From Methanothermus fervidus DSM 2088 (GTDB taxonomy: Archaea > Methanobacteriota > Methanobacteria > DSM-2088 > Methanothermaceae): 32,000 bases of DNA. The notes beneath the pieces were generated by a model, which had not been told where the DNA came from, did not search any database, and saw only the letters and a list, made by a program, of their open reading frames with translations. Below are positions 1-9,409 of the stretch, piece after piece; the stretch's first letter is position 1, and every line of letters begins with the position of its first letter. The stretch lies in NCBI GenBank assembly GCA_000166095.1, contig CP002278.1, positions 870,001 to 902,000 on the forward strand. Direction: 5' to 3'. The translations under genes and the position numbers were made by a program.

Positions 1-57
1 TAAAAAGCAAAGATGTGTTCGTCTTGAAATTCAGAGAAATAATGGGAGAGAAATAAA

Positions 58-1146
58 ATGTTTTTTAAAAAAGAGAGCGAAAAAAAAGAGAATAAAGAAA
101 AAGTGACAAGAAAAAAAGTCTCAAACGTAAAATCTTTAGGAATTGACCTAGGTACCTTAAATACGGTTGTAGCAGTTCCAGCAGGAGATAAATTTGAAAT
201 ATATGAAATACCATCTGTAGTAGCTGTAAAAAAAGAAGATCCATCACATGTATTAGCTGTTGGAGAAGAAGCCAAATTAATGCTTGGAAGAACTCCTGAA
301 GATATAATAGCTGTAAGACCATTGAGAAGAGGAGTAATAGAGAGCATTTCACAAGCTAAGGCCTTACTCATTCATGCGGTGAAAAAAGGTTCAAAGAACG
401 ATGTTTCTTCTGTTGAAAGAATAGTAGTTGGTGTTCCTGGAGATGTTTCAGAAGTAGAAAGAAAAGCTGTAGAAGAGATTAGCAAGGAAATCGGAATAAA
501 AAATGTTATAACTATAAGTGAAGCATTGGCAGCTGCAATCGGTGAAGGTTTACCTATTGCAGATGCATCTGGTACAATGATTATTGATTTGGGTGCAGGA
601 TCCAGTGACGTCGCTGTTATATCACTTGGAGGAATTACAGATATTGAAACTTTCAGATATGGTGGAGACAATATCGATGAAAATTTAGTTAGGCTTGTAA
701 AAGAAAAATATGATGTAGAAATAGGATTACATGAAGCAGAAAAATGTAAGATCAAAGTGGGAATGGTTAAATGCAACAAAGAATTAGAAAATAAAAAAAT
801 TAAAATAATTGGAAAATGTTCAAAAACAAATAAACCAAAAGAGATAACTGTGGATTCTAAGATGGTAGCAGAAGCTGCTGAGCCATTAATGAAAAAACTT
901 ATAAATGCATTATCTGACATCTTAGAAAGATTGTCTCCAGAATTAATTTCCGGTGTTTATAAAAGATCTGTTGTAGTTGGAGGAGTCTCACAGATAAGGG
1001 GGTTAAAGGAAAGAATATACGAGGAAGTAGGAATTCCTGTAAAAATCTCTAATGATCCATTGAAAGTTGTAGCTAAGGGGGCAGCCATAGTAGCTGCAGA
1101 ACCTAGGGCATTAGAGCCAGAAATAAGATTGAAGGCTATGAAATGA
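58..1146 (+). CDS. mreB: MreB-like actin-family (rod-shape) protein
   Basis: 362-aa ORF. ATG 58 is preceded by GGGAGAG (44-50). Actin/Hsp70-fold motifs are collinear with MreB: GIDLGTLNTVVAV, IIDLGAGSSDVAVISLGG, GGDNIDE, VVGGVSQIRGL. The stop overlaps the rnhB start (ATGA at 1143-1146). Confidence 0.75.
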   Translation: MFFKKESEKKENKEKVTRKKVSNVKSLGIDLGTLNTVVAVPAGDKFEIYEIPSVVAVKKEDPSHVLAVGEEAKLMLGRTPEDIIAVRPLRRGVIESISQAKALLIHAVKKGSKNDVSSVERIVVGVPGDVSEVERKAVEEISKEIGIKNVITISEALAAAIGEGLPIADASGTMIIDLGAGSSDVAVISLGGITDIETFRYGGDNIDENLVRLVKEKYDVEIGLHEAEKCKIKVGMVKCNKELENKKIKIIGKCSKTNKPKEITVDSKMVAEAAEPLMKKLINALSDILERLSPELISGVYKRSVVVGGVSQIRGLKERIYEEVGIPVKISNDPLKVVAKGAAIVAAEPRALEPEIRLKAMK

Positions 1147-1745
1147 GCATACTTGGGATAGATGAAGCAGGTAGAGGTCCGGTTTTAGGCCCATTAATAG
1201 TTTGTGGTGTTTTGGTTGACGATGAAAATAAACTAAAAAAATTAAATGTAAGGGATTCTAAATTATTAAGTCCTAGAAGGAGAAAAATTTTAGCAAAAGA
1301 AATAAAAAAGGTGTCAAAGTGCTTTATAGTAAAAATACAAGCATATGAAATTGATAAATTGAGAATTGCAGGTATTAGTTTAAATGAAATTGAAAGGATA
1401 GCTATGAGCAAAATTATTAAAAATGCAAATCCAAAGAAAGTAATAGTGGATTCAATAGACATTAAACCTAAAAGATTAAAGAAAAAACTACAGAAAGAAA
1501 ACATTGAAGTTATTGTAGAACATAAAGCAGATGAAAAATATCCAGTAGTTTCAGCGGCTTCAATAGTTGCAAAAGTTGAAAGAGATTCTGAAATAGAAAA
1601 ATTGAAAAAAAGATACAATTGTGATTTGGGTTCAGGTTATCCTAATGATCCAAAAACTATAAAATTCTTAAAAAAATTTAAAAGGAGTGAACTACCTGAT
1701 TTTGTTAGGAAAACATGGAATACAGTGGAAAAATTATGTAAATAA
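1143..1745 (+). CDS. rnhB: Ribonuclease HII
   Basis: 200-aa ORF with the N-terminal hallmark ILGIDEAGRGPVLGPLIVCGV (catalytic D-E), then DSKLLS and VVSAASIVAKVERD. Translationally coupled to the flanking genes. Confidence 0.9.
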   Translation: MSILGIDEAGRGPVLGPLIVCGVLVDDENKLKKLNVRDSKLLSPRRRKILAKEIKKVSKCFIVKIQAYEIDKLRIAGISLNEIERIAMSKIIKNANPKKVIVDSIDIKPKRLKKKLQKENIEVIVEHKADEKYPVVSAASIVAKVERDSEIEKLKKRYNCDLGSGYPNDPKTIKFLKKFKRSELPDFVRKTWNTVEKLCK

Positions 1746-1747
1746 GC

Positions 1748-2899
1748 ATGAACATCAAAGAATTTGAAAATAAAGAAGAAAAAGTGTTTCTTATAAGGAA
1801 TATAATAGAAGTTAGGATTCCAAAGAAAAGCTATCTTAAACTTATAAAAAAATATCCAAAAGAATACATAATTTCCTTTTCTAAAGAAAAAAAGATTTTT
1901 CATAGCATCACACATAGACCTCTCTACTATATAACAAAGGAAAGTGGAATACCTCTACTTGGATATAATGCATTTGGATTGATAGACAGAGGAACAAATT
2001 TAATACAAGTTAGGCCAATAACTGGATGTAATTTAAATTGTATATTTTGTAGTGTTGATGAAGGAAGGTTTAGCAGGAGCAGATTTGTGGATTATATTGT
2101 AGACGTTGATTATTTAGTTGAGGAATTTGAGAAAATATCTAAATTTAAAGGAAAAAATTTAGAAGCACATATAGATGGGCAAGGAGAACCATCCTTATAT
2201 CCTTACTTAGTTGAATTAATAGAAGGTTTAAATGATTTAAAGGAAGTAAGCATTATTTCTATGCAAAGTAATGGTATTCCATTAAATAAAAAAATAATAG
2301 ATAGACTAGAAGGAAAGTTAGATAGAATAAATTTATCTATTAGTGCATTAGATCAAAAAATAGCAAATAAGCTTCATGGTGTTAAATATCCGCTGAAAAA
2401 GATCCTGGAACTTGCGGAATATATAGCTAATTCTAAAATAGATTTATTAATAGCTCCAGTATGGGTTCCTAATTATAATGATGAAGAAATTACAAAAATA
2501 ATAGAATTTGCTTTAGATTTAGGCGCTGGTAAAAGATTTCCACCATTAGGAATACAAAAATATATACCTCACAAACATGGTAGGAGACCAAAAACAACTG
2601 TAATGACTTTTAAAGAATTTTATGCAAAACTAAAGGAACTTGAGAAAGAATATGATGTAAATTTAATACTTAAACCAGAATATTTTGGAACTGAAAAAAG
2701 AAAAAGAATTCCAAAGCCAATAAGAAAAGGAGAAAGTTATAATGCTAAAATAGTCTTACCTGGAAGATTAAAGGATGAAAAACTATGTATTGTCAAGAAC
2801 AGATTAGTTTCTATAAGAAGTAATAAAAGAATTGGAGGTTTTGCAAAAATTAAAATAATTAGAGATAAAGATGGTATATTTTTTGGAAAAGAAATTTAA
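1748..2899 (+). CDS. Radical SAM domain protein, function unknown
   Basis: 383-aa ORF with a CX3CX2C cluster motif (CNLNCIFC) followed by GQGEPSLYP (SAM-binding GGEP-like). Starts 3 nt after the rnhB stop. Specific subfamily not recognised. Confidence 0.7.
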   Translation: MNIKEFENKEEKVFLIRNIIEVRIPKKSYLKLIKKYPKEYIISFSKEKKIFHSITHRPLYYITKESGIPLLGYNAFGLIDRGTNLIQVRPITGCNLNCIFCSVDEGRFSRSRFVDYIVDVDYLVEEFEKISKFKGKNLEAHIDGQGEPSLYPYLVELIEGLNDLKEVSIISMQSNGIPLNKKIIDRLEGKLDRINLSISALDQKIANKLHGVKYPLKKILELAEYIANSKIDLLIAPVWVPNYNDEEITKIIEFALDLGAGKRFPPLGIQKYIPHKHGRRPKTTVMTFKEFYAKLKELEKEYDVNLILKPEYFGTEKRKRIPKPIRKGESYNAKIVLPGRLKDEKLCIVKNRLVSIRSNKRIGGFAKIKIIRDKDGIFFGKEI

Positions 2900-3085
2900 T
2901 ATGATAAAATTTTTTAATTTTGACGGAGTTTTTCTGAAATTTTTATAAAATTCTGGTAAAAATATTATACAAAAATATATTATAATTTAAAATTTCTGTT
3001 TATTTTTTATTTTAATTTTTCTATTCTATATTCTTGCTAAGTAGATCACAACAGCTAGCAATGTTTACTGCAGTAAAGGAAACCG

Positions 3086-3100
3086 ATAAATTTAAATATT
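3086..3100 (+). promoter_or_regulatory. Putative TATA box / BRE region of hmfA
   Basis: ATAAATTTAAATATT lies about 35-48 nt upstream of the GTG start. It is followed by a strong SD, GGAGGTGAT (3122-3130). The spacing fits an archaeal promoter with a short leader. Not verified. Confidence 0.35.
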
Positions 3101-3133
3101 AGGACAAGTTGATGTGATAGTGGAGGTGATAAC

Positions 3134-3343
3134 GTGGGTGAGTTACCAATTGCCCCAATCGGAAGAATCATAAAAAACGCTGGTGCTGAAAGAGTTAGTG
3201 ACGATGCAAGAATTGCATTAGCAAAAGTTTTAGAAGAAATGGGCGAAGAAATAGCTTCAGAAGCTGTGAAATTAGCAAAACATGCGGGAAGAAAAACAAT
3301 AAAGGCAGAAGACATTGAATTAGCTCGAAAAATGTTCAAATAA
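3134..3343 (+). CDS. hmfA: Archaeal nucleosomal histone HMfA
   Basis: 69 codons, GTG start with [80 protein letters not shown] matches my memory of M. fervidus HMfA. It differs from HMfB, which has KDAG, ITLAKIL and AVRRFKK. Confidence 0.95.
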   Translation: MGELPIAPIGRIIKNAGAERVSDDARIALAKVLEEMGEEIASEAVKLAKHAGRKTIKAEDIELARKMFK

Positions 3344-3368
3344 TTTCTTTTTCCTTTTTAATTTTTTG
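3344..3368 (+). terminator. Oligo-T archaeal terminator candidate after hmfA
   Basis: TTTCTTTTTCCTTTTTAATTTTTT sits immediately after the TAA stop. T-runs are the usual archaeal termination signal. Confidence 0.4.
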
Positions 3369-3376
3369 GTGATAAA

Positions 3377-5155
3377 TTGAGCAGGCTTGCAATACTAGAT
3401 AAAGACAGGTGCCAACCAAAAAAATGTGGATATTTATGTCTAGAATATTGTCCTGGAGTTAGAATGGGTGAAGATACTATTGTAATCCATAAAAAAACAA
3501 AAAAACCTATTATTTCTGAAAAATTATGTTCTGGTTGTGGAATATGTGTAAAGAAGTGTCCATTTGACGCCATCAATATTATTAATTTACCTGAAGCTTT
3601 GGGTGACCCTGTACATAGATATGGAGAAAACATGTTTGAATTATTTGGATTACCTATTGTCACCGAAAAAGAAGTTGTTGGATTATTAGGTCCAAATGGA
3701 ATTGGGAAATCTACAATACTTCGTATATTAAGTGGTGAACTTAAACCAAATCTTGGTAATTATCAAAATCCTCCAAGCTGGGAAGAAATATTTGAATTTT
3801 TTAGAGGGTCTCAGTTACAAGATTATTTTAAAAAATTAGCAAATAAAGAAATAAGAGTAGCACATAAACCACAAGCTGTAGATTTACTACCAAAATATGT
3901 GAAAGGAAATGTAAAGGATTTATTAGAAAAAACAGACGAATTAAATAAACTGGATGAAATCTCAGATCTTCTTAATTTAGAAATATCTCTGAAAAAAGAT
4001 ATTAAGGAATTGTCTGGTGGAGAATTACAAAGAGTAGCAATTGCAGCTACATTGTTAAAGGATGTTGATTTTTATTATTTTGATGAACCAAGTTCATGGT
4101 TAGATATATACCAAAGATTAAACATGGCAAAGGTTATAAGAAGATATGCTGAGAAATTTAAAAAATCTATATTGGTTGTTGAGCATGATTTATCAGTTTT
4201 AGATACAATTTCTGATTATATACATGTATTGTATGGTGAACCGAATGCATATGGAGTTGTATCAAATAAAAAAAGTGTAAGAGTTGGAATAAATGAATAT
4301 CTTAAAGGATTTTTAAGAGATGAAAATGTAAGGTTTAGAAGGGAAGAGTTGAAATTCCATGTATCTAGAACAATTGAAACAACAAAAAAAGGAACAATAA
4401 TCAAGTATCCATCATTTGTAAAATGTTATAATGGATTTAAACTATATGTGGATTCAGGAGAATTATATGAAAATGAAGTTGTAACTGCTTTTGGTCCAAA
4501 TAGTATTGGTAAAACAACTTTTGCTAAAATATTAGCTGGGGTTGAAAAACCTGATAAAGGTAAAATTGAAGAAAATATAAACATAGCATATAAACCTCAA
4601 TATATTTCTATAGAATTTGATGGTACTGTAGAAGAATTTTTACATAAAAATGTAACATATTATGGAACAACAGCATTTAGAACAGAAATATTAAAGCCAT
4701 TCAAACTGGAAAATTTACTTCATAGAGAGGTTAGTACATTAAGTGGTGGAGAATTACAAAGGTTGATGATAGCAACTGTTTTAGCGGAGGATGCAGATCT
4801 TTATGTACTTGATGAACCTACAGCATTTTTAGATGTTGAAGAGAGATTAAGTGTTGCAAAATCAATTAGAAAAATTGTTGAAAATAAACATGCTGCAGCA
4901 ATTGTAATTGATCATGATATTCTATTCCTTGATTATATTGCTGATAGAGCAATGGTTTTTTATGGAAAACCAGGTGTAGAAGGTCATGCTACTAAACCAA
5001 TGTCCCTGAGAAATGCAATGAACAAATTTTTATCACAAGTTAATATCACATTTAGACGAGATAAGGAAACTAAAAGGCCAAGAGCTAACAAACCAGACAG
5101 TTACTTAGATAGAAAACAAAGAGAAGTTGGTGAATATTACTACTATGATACATGA
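3377..5155 (+). CDS. abcE1: ABCE1 / RNase L inhibitor-type ribosome-recycling ATPase
   Basis: 592 aa, TTG start 3 nt after GGTGAT. N-terminal double 4Fe-4S domain ([27 protein letters not shown]). Two NBDs with Walker A ([18 protein letters not shown]) and two LSGGELQR signatures. Confidence 0.92.
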   Translation: MSRLAILDKDRCQPKKCGYLCLEYCPGVRMGEDTIVIHKKTKKPIISEKLCSGCGICVKKCPFDAINIINLPEALGDPVHRYGENMFELFGLPIVTEKEVVGLLGPNGIGKSTILRILSGELKPNLGNYQNPPSWEEIFEFFRGSQLQDYFKKLANKEIRVAHKPQAVDLLPKYVKGNVKDLLEKTDELNKLDEISDLLNLEISLKKDIKELSGGELQRVAIAATLLKDVDFYYFDEPSSWLDIYQRLNMAKVIRRYAEKFKKSILVVEHDLSVLDTISDYIHVLYGEPNAYGVVSNKKSVRVGINEYLKGFLRDENVRFRREELKFHVSRTIETTKKGTIIKYPSFVKCYNGFKLYVDSGELYENEVVTAFGPNSIGKTTFAKILAGVEKPDKGKIEENINIAYKPQYISIEFDGTVEEFLHKNVTYYGTTAFRTEILKPFKLENLLHREVSTLSGGELQRLMIATVLAEDADLYVLDEPTAFLDVEERLSVAKSIRKIVENKHAAAIVIDHDILFLDYIADRAMVFYGKPGVEGHATKPMSLRNAMNKFLSQVNITFRRDKETKRPRANKPDSYLDRKQREVGEYYYYDT

Positions 5156-5192
5156 GTCATCAAATACTAAATTAAGATAAGAAAAAGGTTTT

Positions 5193-5240
5193 TCAGTTCA
5201 CCTCCTTTTCATCATGAAATCAGTGTGGAGTCTCATCATT
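5193..5240 (-). ncRNA. Candidate box C/D sRNA (C-D'-C'-D)
   Basis: The minus strand reads A-AUGAUGA(5239-5233)-GACUCCACA-CUGA(5223-5220)-UUUC-AUGAUGA(5215-5209)-AAAGGAGGUGAA-CUGA(5196-5193). All four boxes are at consensus and the spacer before box D is 12 nt. It lies in the 90-bp convergent gap just 3' of the 100-aa ORF. Weakness: the C-to-D' spacer is only 9 nt. Confidence 0.5.
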
Positions 5241-5245
5241 CAAAA

Positions 5246-5548
5246 TTATATTTTTTCTATACAAAAAATTAAATCTTTCTCTTTATCAACTATCCAATAA
5301 TTTGAAATATTTTTCTTTACGTTGCCTATACATTCATTAATTATTTTGAGAACTCCGTTTACATCTTCTTCTCTCAAGTAAGGCTCAGACAGACTCACCT
5401 GACGTGTTTCAATTTTGTATTTGTCTTTATCCTTATACACCACTATAAAATGATATTGATTTAAAAATTTTTTAACATAAACAAACTTTTTTCCTTCTTT
5501 TAAATCTTTTAAAATTTTTTCTGCAGTTGATTTTACACCTCGTGTCAA
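5246..5548 (-). CDS. Hypothetical small protein (100 aa)
   Basis: The ORF begins at TTG 5548, 4 nt after AGGTGA, which overlaps the stop of the upstream aminotransferase. This suggests translational coupling. No recognisable motif. Confidence 0.5.
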   Translation of the reverse strand: MTRGVKSTAEKILKDLKEGKKFVYVKKFLNQYHFIVVYKDKDKYKIETRQVSLSEPYLREEDVNGVLKIINECIGNVKKNISNYWIVDKEKDLIFCIEKI

Positions 5549-5552
5549 ATTT

Positions 5553-6713
5553 TCACCTACTGCTTCTAGAACTTAATTTTTTCATTCCCGAAACAAATTT
5601 TTCTGCAAATTTCATTACTTGTTCTTTTGGAATAGAAAAACTTACTCTAACATATTTTTCGCCATGTAACCTGCTTGTGTATGTTCCTTCTCTTATGAAA
5701 ATATTATGTTTAAGTAAATAGTTAGCTATATCTGAAGGCCTAACACCTGTTTTGTGGATATCTACTACTAACATATTAGCATTAGAAGGGTATACTGGTA
5801 TAAAGGCTCCATCAATTTCATCCACAGCATCTTTTATTATTTTTTGATTTTTTCTTGTGCGTCTTTTAACCTTGTCAACCCACTTATTTTTATGTTTTAA
5901 TGCTGCAATAGCTCCTCTTTGAGCTAAAACATTTGTACCTAAATCATTAATTATTGATGAACGAACAGATTCCATAAACTCTGCAGGAACTATTAAGGAT
6001 CCAACCCTTAGTCCAGCAAGGCCACAAATTTTTGAAAAACTATATACTGTAAAAGAACGTTCTGGAGCATATTTAGCTACAAGATAATGTTTTTCGGCAA
6101 AATCCCGATATGTAATATCATGCAAAAGATATATATCGTATTCTTCAGCTATTTCAGCAAAAGCTTTTATTTCAGATTTAGTATAACATGATCCTAATGG
6201 ATTTAAAGGATCTATAAGTGATATTAATTTTGTATTTTTAGTTATATTTTCATTCACTAAATCAGGTGTTAATTTATAATTACAGTCTTCATTGTAAATT
6301 GACACTGAAATTACTCTTCCAAATCTTCTTGCAAAATTATCTATGATAAGATAACCTGGATCAGATGTTATTATTTCATCTTCAGAATCTAATAAAGTCT
6401 GCATTGTGATGTAAAGTGATTCCGTGCCACCAGCAGTTATCAAATTATCAAATTCATCATTGTTTAATTTTAAATCTTCTAAAACCAATCTTTTAAGTTC
6501 TTTAAATCCTTCAGGAGGAGGATATTTACAATATTCATGATTGAGTATTGAATCTATTATTGCATTTATGATCCTCTCATCATGATTTAAATGATTTGTA
6601 TTCTGACCCATCCATATCATTTCTTTTTTATGGAAGATATAATCAAAAAATTCATTTGAAGGTTTAAGTCCTTCCGATAATGTCTTCATATTTAAAAATT
6701 CGGGGAAAACCAT
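5553..6713 (-). CDS. Class I/II PLP-dependent aminotransferase
   Basis: PLP-lysine motif SFSKICGLAGLRVG, plus the typical GTESL and NPLNPLG motifs. The ORF opens at GTG 6722, but ATG 6713 has better spacing to AGAGGAT. Substrate specificity cannot be assigned. Confidence 0.8.
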   Translation of the reverse strand: MVFPEFLNMKTLSEGLKPSNEFFDYIFHKKEMIWMGQNTNHLNHDERIINAIIDSILNHEYCKYPPPEGFKELKRLVLEDLKLNNDEFDNLITAGGTESLYITMQTLLDSEDEIITSDPGYLIIDNFARRFGRVISVSIYNEDCNYKLTPDLVNENITKNTKLISLIDPLNPLGSCYTKSEIKAFAEIAEEYDIYLLHDITYRDFAEKHYLVAKYAPERSFTVYSFSKICGLAGLRVGSLIVPAEFMESVRSSIINDLGTNVLAQRGAIAALKHKNKWVDKVKRRTRKNQKIIKDAVDEIDGAFIPVYPSNANMLVVDIHKTGVRPSDIANYLLKHNIFIREGTYTSRLHGEKYVRVSFSIPKEQVMKFAEKFVSGMKKLSSRSSR

Positions 6714-6730
6714 ATTAATCACGATCCTCT

Positions 6731-7435
6731 TTATTTCGATAACCCATTTTCAACAATTTTAAACCTAACTTTTAAACCTTCTTTTTTATTTTTATGTCTT
6801 TTAAGTATTGCATATCTTTCACCACTTGACGACCCCATCTTTAATTCTACTATAATTTTACTCCAATATTTTAATGTTGTTCCTCCGACTGGTTCTATAT
6901 TAGAACCATCCTCGTCAAACAAAGAATATATATGGTTCGTTATTACCACTGCCAAATTATATTTTCTGGCAATTCTAAGTAATAAAGCCATTTGTTTTCC
7001 TAACTCAACATTTAATTTGGAGGAATTTCCTTCTTTTAATCTGTAAAGTGCTACTGCAGAATCTAAGATTATTGCGTCAAATTTTTTGCCTTCTTTTTTT
7101 AATAATGAGTTTATTTTTTGTATGACAATTCCCTGTTCATAAAAGGATGATGGCTCATAAATTAATATATTGGGAGCTACCTTGTTAAAGTTATCTCCTG
7201 CAATTTGTTTCACCCTTTCTATAGATAATCCGCCTTCAGTGTCTATAAATATTACTTTTTTACCTCTTTTTGCAACTTCTACTGCTAATTTTATTGCAAT
7301 ATTTGTTTTTCCAGAACCTGGTGGACCATAAAATTGTGTAATAGTTCCTTTTTCTACCCCTCCACCTAATATTTCATCTATAGGTGAATTTGTAGGTATT
7401 TTCTCTGTTTCTGCTATTTCAGAAAGTGGCTTCAT
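6731..7435 (-). CDS. radB: DNA repair and recombination protein RadB
   Basis: About 235 aa, short RecA/RadA-family core without the N-terminal HhH domain. [21 protein letters not shown] (Walker A) and AIILDS (Walker B). ATG 7435 preferred; the ORF is open to TTG 7450. Confidence 0.85.
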   Translation of the reverse strand: MKPLSEIAETEKIPTNSPIDEILGGGVEKGTITQFYGPPGSGKTNIAIKLAVEVAKRGKKVIFIDTEGGLSIERVKQIAGDNFNKVAPNILIYEPSSFYEQGIVIQKINSLLKKEGKKFDAIILDSAVALYRLKEGNSSKLNVELGKQMALLLRIARKYNLAVVITNHIYSLFDEDGSNIEPVGGTTLKYWSKIIVELKMGSSSGERYAILKRHKNKKEGLKVRFKIVENGLSK

Positions 7436-7500
7436 GTTTCTCAACTTCAATGCTTTACATCCCTAGAAAATCTTTAAGATAAAAGAAATATAAAAATTTT

Positions 7501-8547
7501 GTGATGAAAGCATTAAAATATCCAACTGTTAGAGAAGCACTCCTTTATAAAAATACAGATTCTGAATCTGTAATGTGTGAATTATGTAATAGAAAATGTA
7601 TTATTCGTGATGGTCAAATGGGATTTTGTAAAACTAGAATCAATAGAGAAGGAAAATTATACACTTTAGTGTATGGAGATATTAATGCATTAAGTAGTAG
7701 GCCAATAGAGATAAAACCATTTTTTCATTTTTATCCTGGCTCAACATCACTAACATTCTCTACATGGTCATGTAATTTCACATGTCCATGGTGTCAAAAT
7801 TATCATCTTTCAAAGAAAGCACCAAATCCTAAAAAAGCAAATTACATATCTCCAGAAAATATTGTGGACCTTGCTTTAAAAATGGGAGATGAAGGTGTCT
7901 GCGTTAGTTTTACAGAGCCAACATTACTATTTGAATATAGTTTAGACGTATTTAAGCTTGCAAAAAAGCATGGTTTATATACTTCCTATGTATCAAATGG
8001 GTATATTACTGAGAAAGCGTTGGTTCTATTAAAGAATGCAGGAATGGATGCAATAAATATAGATATAAAAGGAGATTCTAAGACATATAAGAAATATTGT
8101 GGAAACATTAAAGCTAAATTTGTGTGGAATACTGCAAAAAAAGCTTTAGATATGGGTATTCATGTTGAAATTGTAAATCTCATAGTTACTGGAGTGAATG
8201 ATAATTTAAAAACAATAAAAAACATAGTGAAATTACATTTAAAAAATTTAGGACCTGAAGTACCAATCCACTTTACTAGATATTTCCCTGCTTTTAAATT
8301 TAACGAACCACCAACTAAAATTGAAGTACTTGAAAAAGCATATGAAATTGCAAAAGATTTTGGTATTTTATATCCATATCTAGGAAATGTACCAGGGCAT
8401 AAATTTGAAAATACTTATTGTCCAAAATGTGGTGAATTATTAATAAAAAGAAGAAACTTTAAAATCCTTAGATGGAAATTAAAGAATTTTAAATGTCCTA
8501 AATGTAAATTCCCAATAAAAATAACAGGAGAGTATGTTGCCAAATGA
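7501..8547 (+). CDS. AmmeMemoRadiSam-type radical SAM enzyme (PflA-like activase fold)
   Basis: N-terminal Cys motif CELCNRKCIIRDGQMGFC, radical SAM CNFTCPWCQN, C-terminal zinc ribbon CPKCG...CPKCK. This architecture is typical of the family from memory. GTG 7501 / ATG 7504. Confidence 0.8.
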   Translation: MMKALKYPTVREALLYKNTDSESVMCELCNRKCIIRDGQMGFCKTRINREGKLYTLVYGDINALSSRPIEIKPFFHFYPGSTSLTFSTWSCNFTCPWCQNYHLSKKAPNPKKANYISPENIVDLALKMGDEGVCVSFTEPTLLFEYSLDVFKLAKKHGLYTSYVSNGYITEKALVLLKNAGMDAINIDIKGDSKTYKKYCGNIKAKFVWNTAKKALDMGIHVEIVNLIVTGVNDNLKTIKNIVKLHLKNLGPEVPIHFTRYFPAFKFNEPPTKIEVLEKAYEIAKDFGILYPYLGNVPGHKFENTYCPKCGELLIKRRNFKILRWKLKNFKCPKCKFPIKITGEYVAK

Positions 8548-9098
8548 ATGGTGTGGAAGCATTGAATAAAATATGTAAAAAAATACTGGAAATTAGGAAA
8601 GGACAGAGGAAAGATATAGGACCAGGTATAATTAGAAATATGGAAGATTTCCATTTTAATTACTTAATTGATAGGCTTAAACTGGAAATAGAAATAGTAA
8701 AGAAATATTCCCCGAAAGTCAGGCCTGCAATAGATCCTGTGGTTTCAACTGAGTTAGGTATATATAGAGGGTATGACGTGGAAGTTGGAAAACTTTTAGG
8801 ATACCCTATTTGTTGTATAAAAAGTTTTCTGGGAGGTAGGATAAGTATAGATGAAAATCATTTAAAAGAAATTTCAGAACTTAAAGTACCTAAAAATGCT
8901 TATGCAATTATCATGCCTTCTGGATTTATCCCATGTAGCTTAAAATGTAAAAAAGCTTGGAAAAGGAGACTAATAAATTTTGTGACAAAAAAAGAATATG
9001 AAAATATACTTAAACTAGAAAAAGAATTAATTACAAATTTACTTCATTTTCATCCAGCTTACGATGAATACTATGAAAAAATCTTACTTTCTGAGTGA
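8544..9098 (+). CDS. Cys-rich conserved hypothetical protein (possibly DUF483-like)
   Basis: 184 aa, start overlaps the upstream stop (ATGA). Motifs LLGYPICCIKSF and FIPCSLKC give four clustered Cys. The family name is from memory and uncertain. Confidence 0.55.
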   Translation: MNGVEALNKICKKILEIRKGQRKDIGPGIIRNMEDFHFNYLIDRLKLEIEIVKKYSPKVRPAIDPVVSTELGIYRGYDVEVGKLLGYPICCIKSFLGGRISIDENHLKEISELKVPKNAYAIIMPSGFIPCSLKCKKAWKRRLINFVTKKEYENILKLEKELITNLLHFHPAYDEYYEKILLSE

Positions 9099-9153
9099 TC
9101 AAAATTATAGTAGTCAATGTAATCAATTGAGTATTTAAATTTTCTTTTTGGAG

Positions 9154-9321
9154 CTATAGAAAGATATAAGATTCATTAATTTGGCATTTAGGCGATTTTG
9201 TTATAAGTACTCCTCCAGTAAGTGTATGATTTCTAGATAAATTCCATATGCTTGGGGAGATTGCCAACAGAACTAGCAATGTTGAGAGGATTAATACAGA
9301 TTTATATGGAAAAGAAAACAC
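9154..9321 (-). pseudogene. Orphan 5' fragment of an adhesin-like gene (signal-peptide remnant)
   Basis: The minus strand carries a 39-nt perfect copy plus 11 nt more of the adhesin signal-peptide coding sequence (see repeat). Only a GTG start with no SD is available, the reading frame diverges after a 1-nt indel, and it stops after about 55 codons. Confidence 0.3.
9243..9299. repeat. Inverted copy of adhesin signal-peptide coding sequence (partner 20289-20344)
   Basis: 9261-9299 is the exact reverse complement of 20289-20327 (39/39). After a 7-vs-6-nt indel patch, a further 11 nt (9243-9253 vs 20334-20344) are identical. Confidence 0.9.
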
Positions 9322-9409
9322 TATGAGAATATAAAACAGCTAAAAAAGGCCAAGTAATTAATTTGGATTCTTTTTATCTAAAAAAAGAAAAGTAAATAGA
9401 ATTAAAAAT

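Noticed and set aside
372-920. 182-aa minus-strand ORF (also 65-352 and 1136-1618) from the ORF track
   Set aside because: It is antisense to the well-supported mreB-like and rnhB genes. Its composition is low-complexity Ser/Phe/Ile-rich, typical of the shadow frame of AT-rich Lys/Glu-rich genes, and it has no SD.
2900-3060. Possible phased A/T-tracts (intrinsic bend) upstream of hmfA
   Set aside because: The measured A-tract spacings were 11, 13 and 18 bp, which is not a clean helical phase. It is indistinguishable from generic AT-rich spacer.
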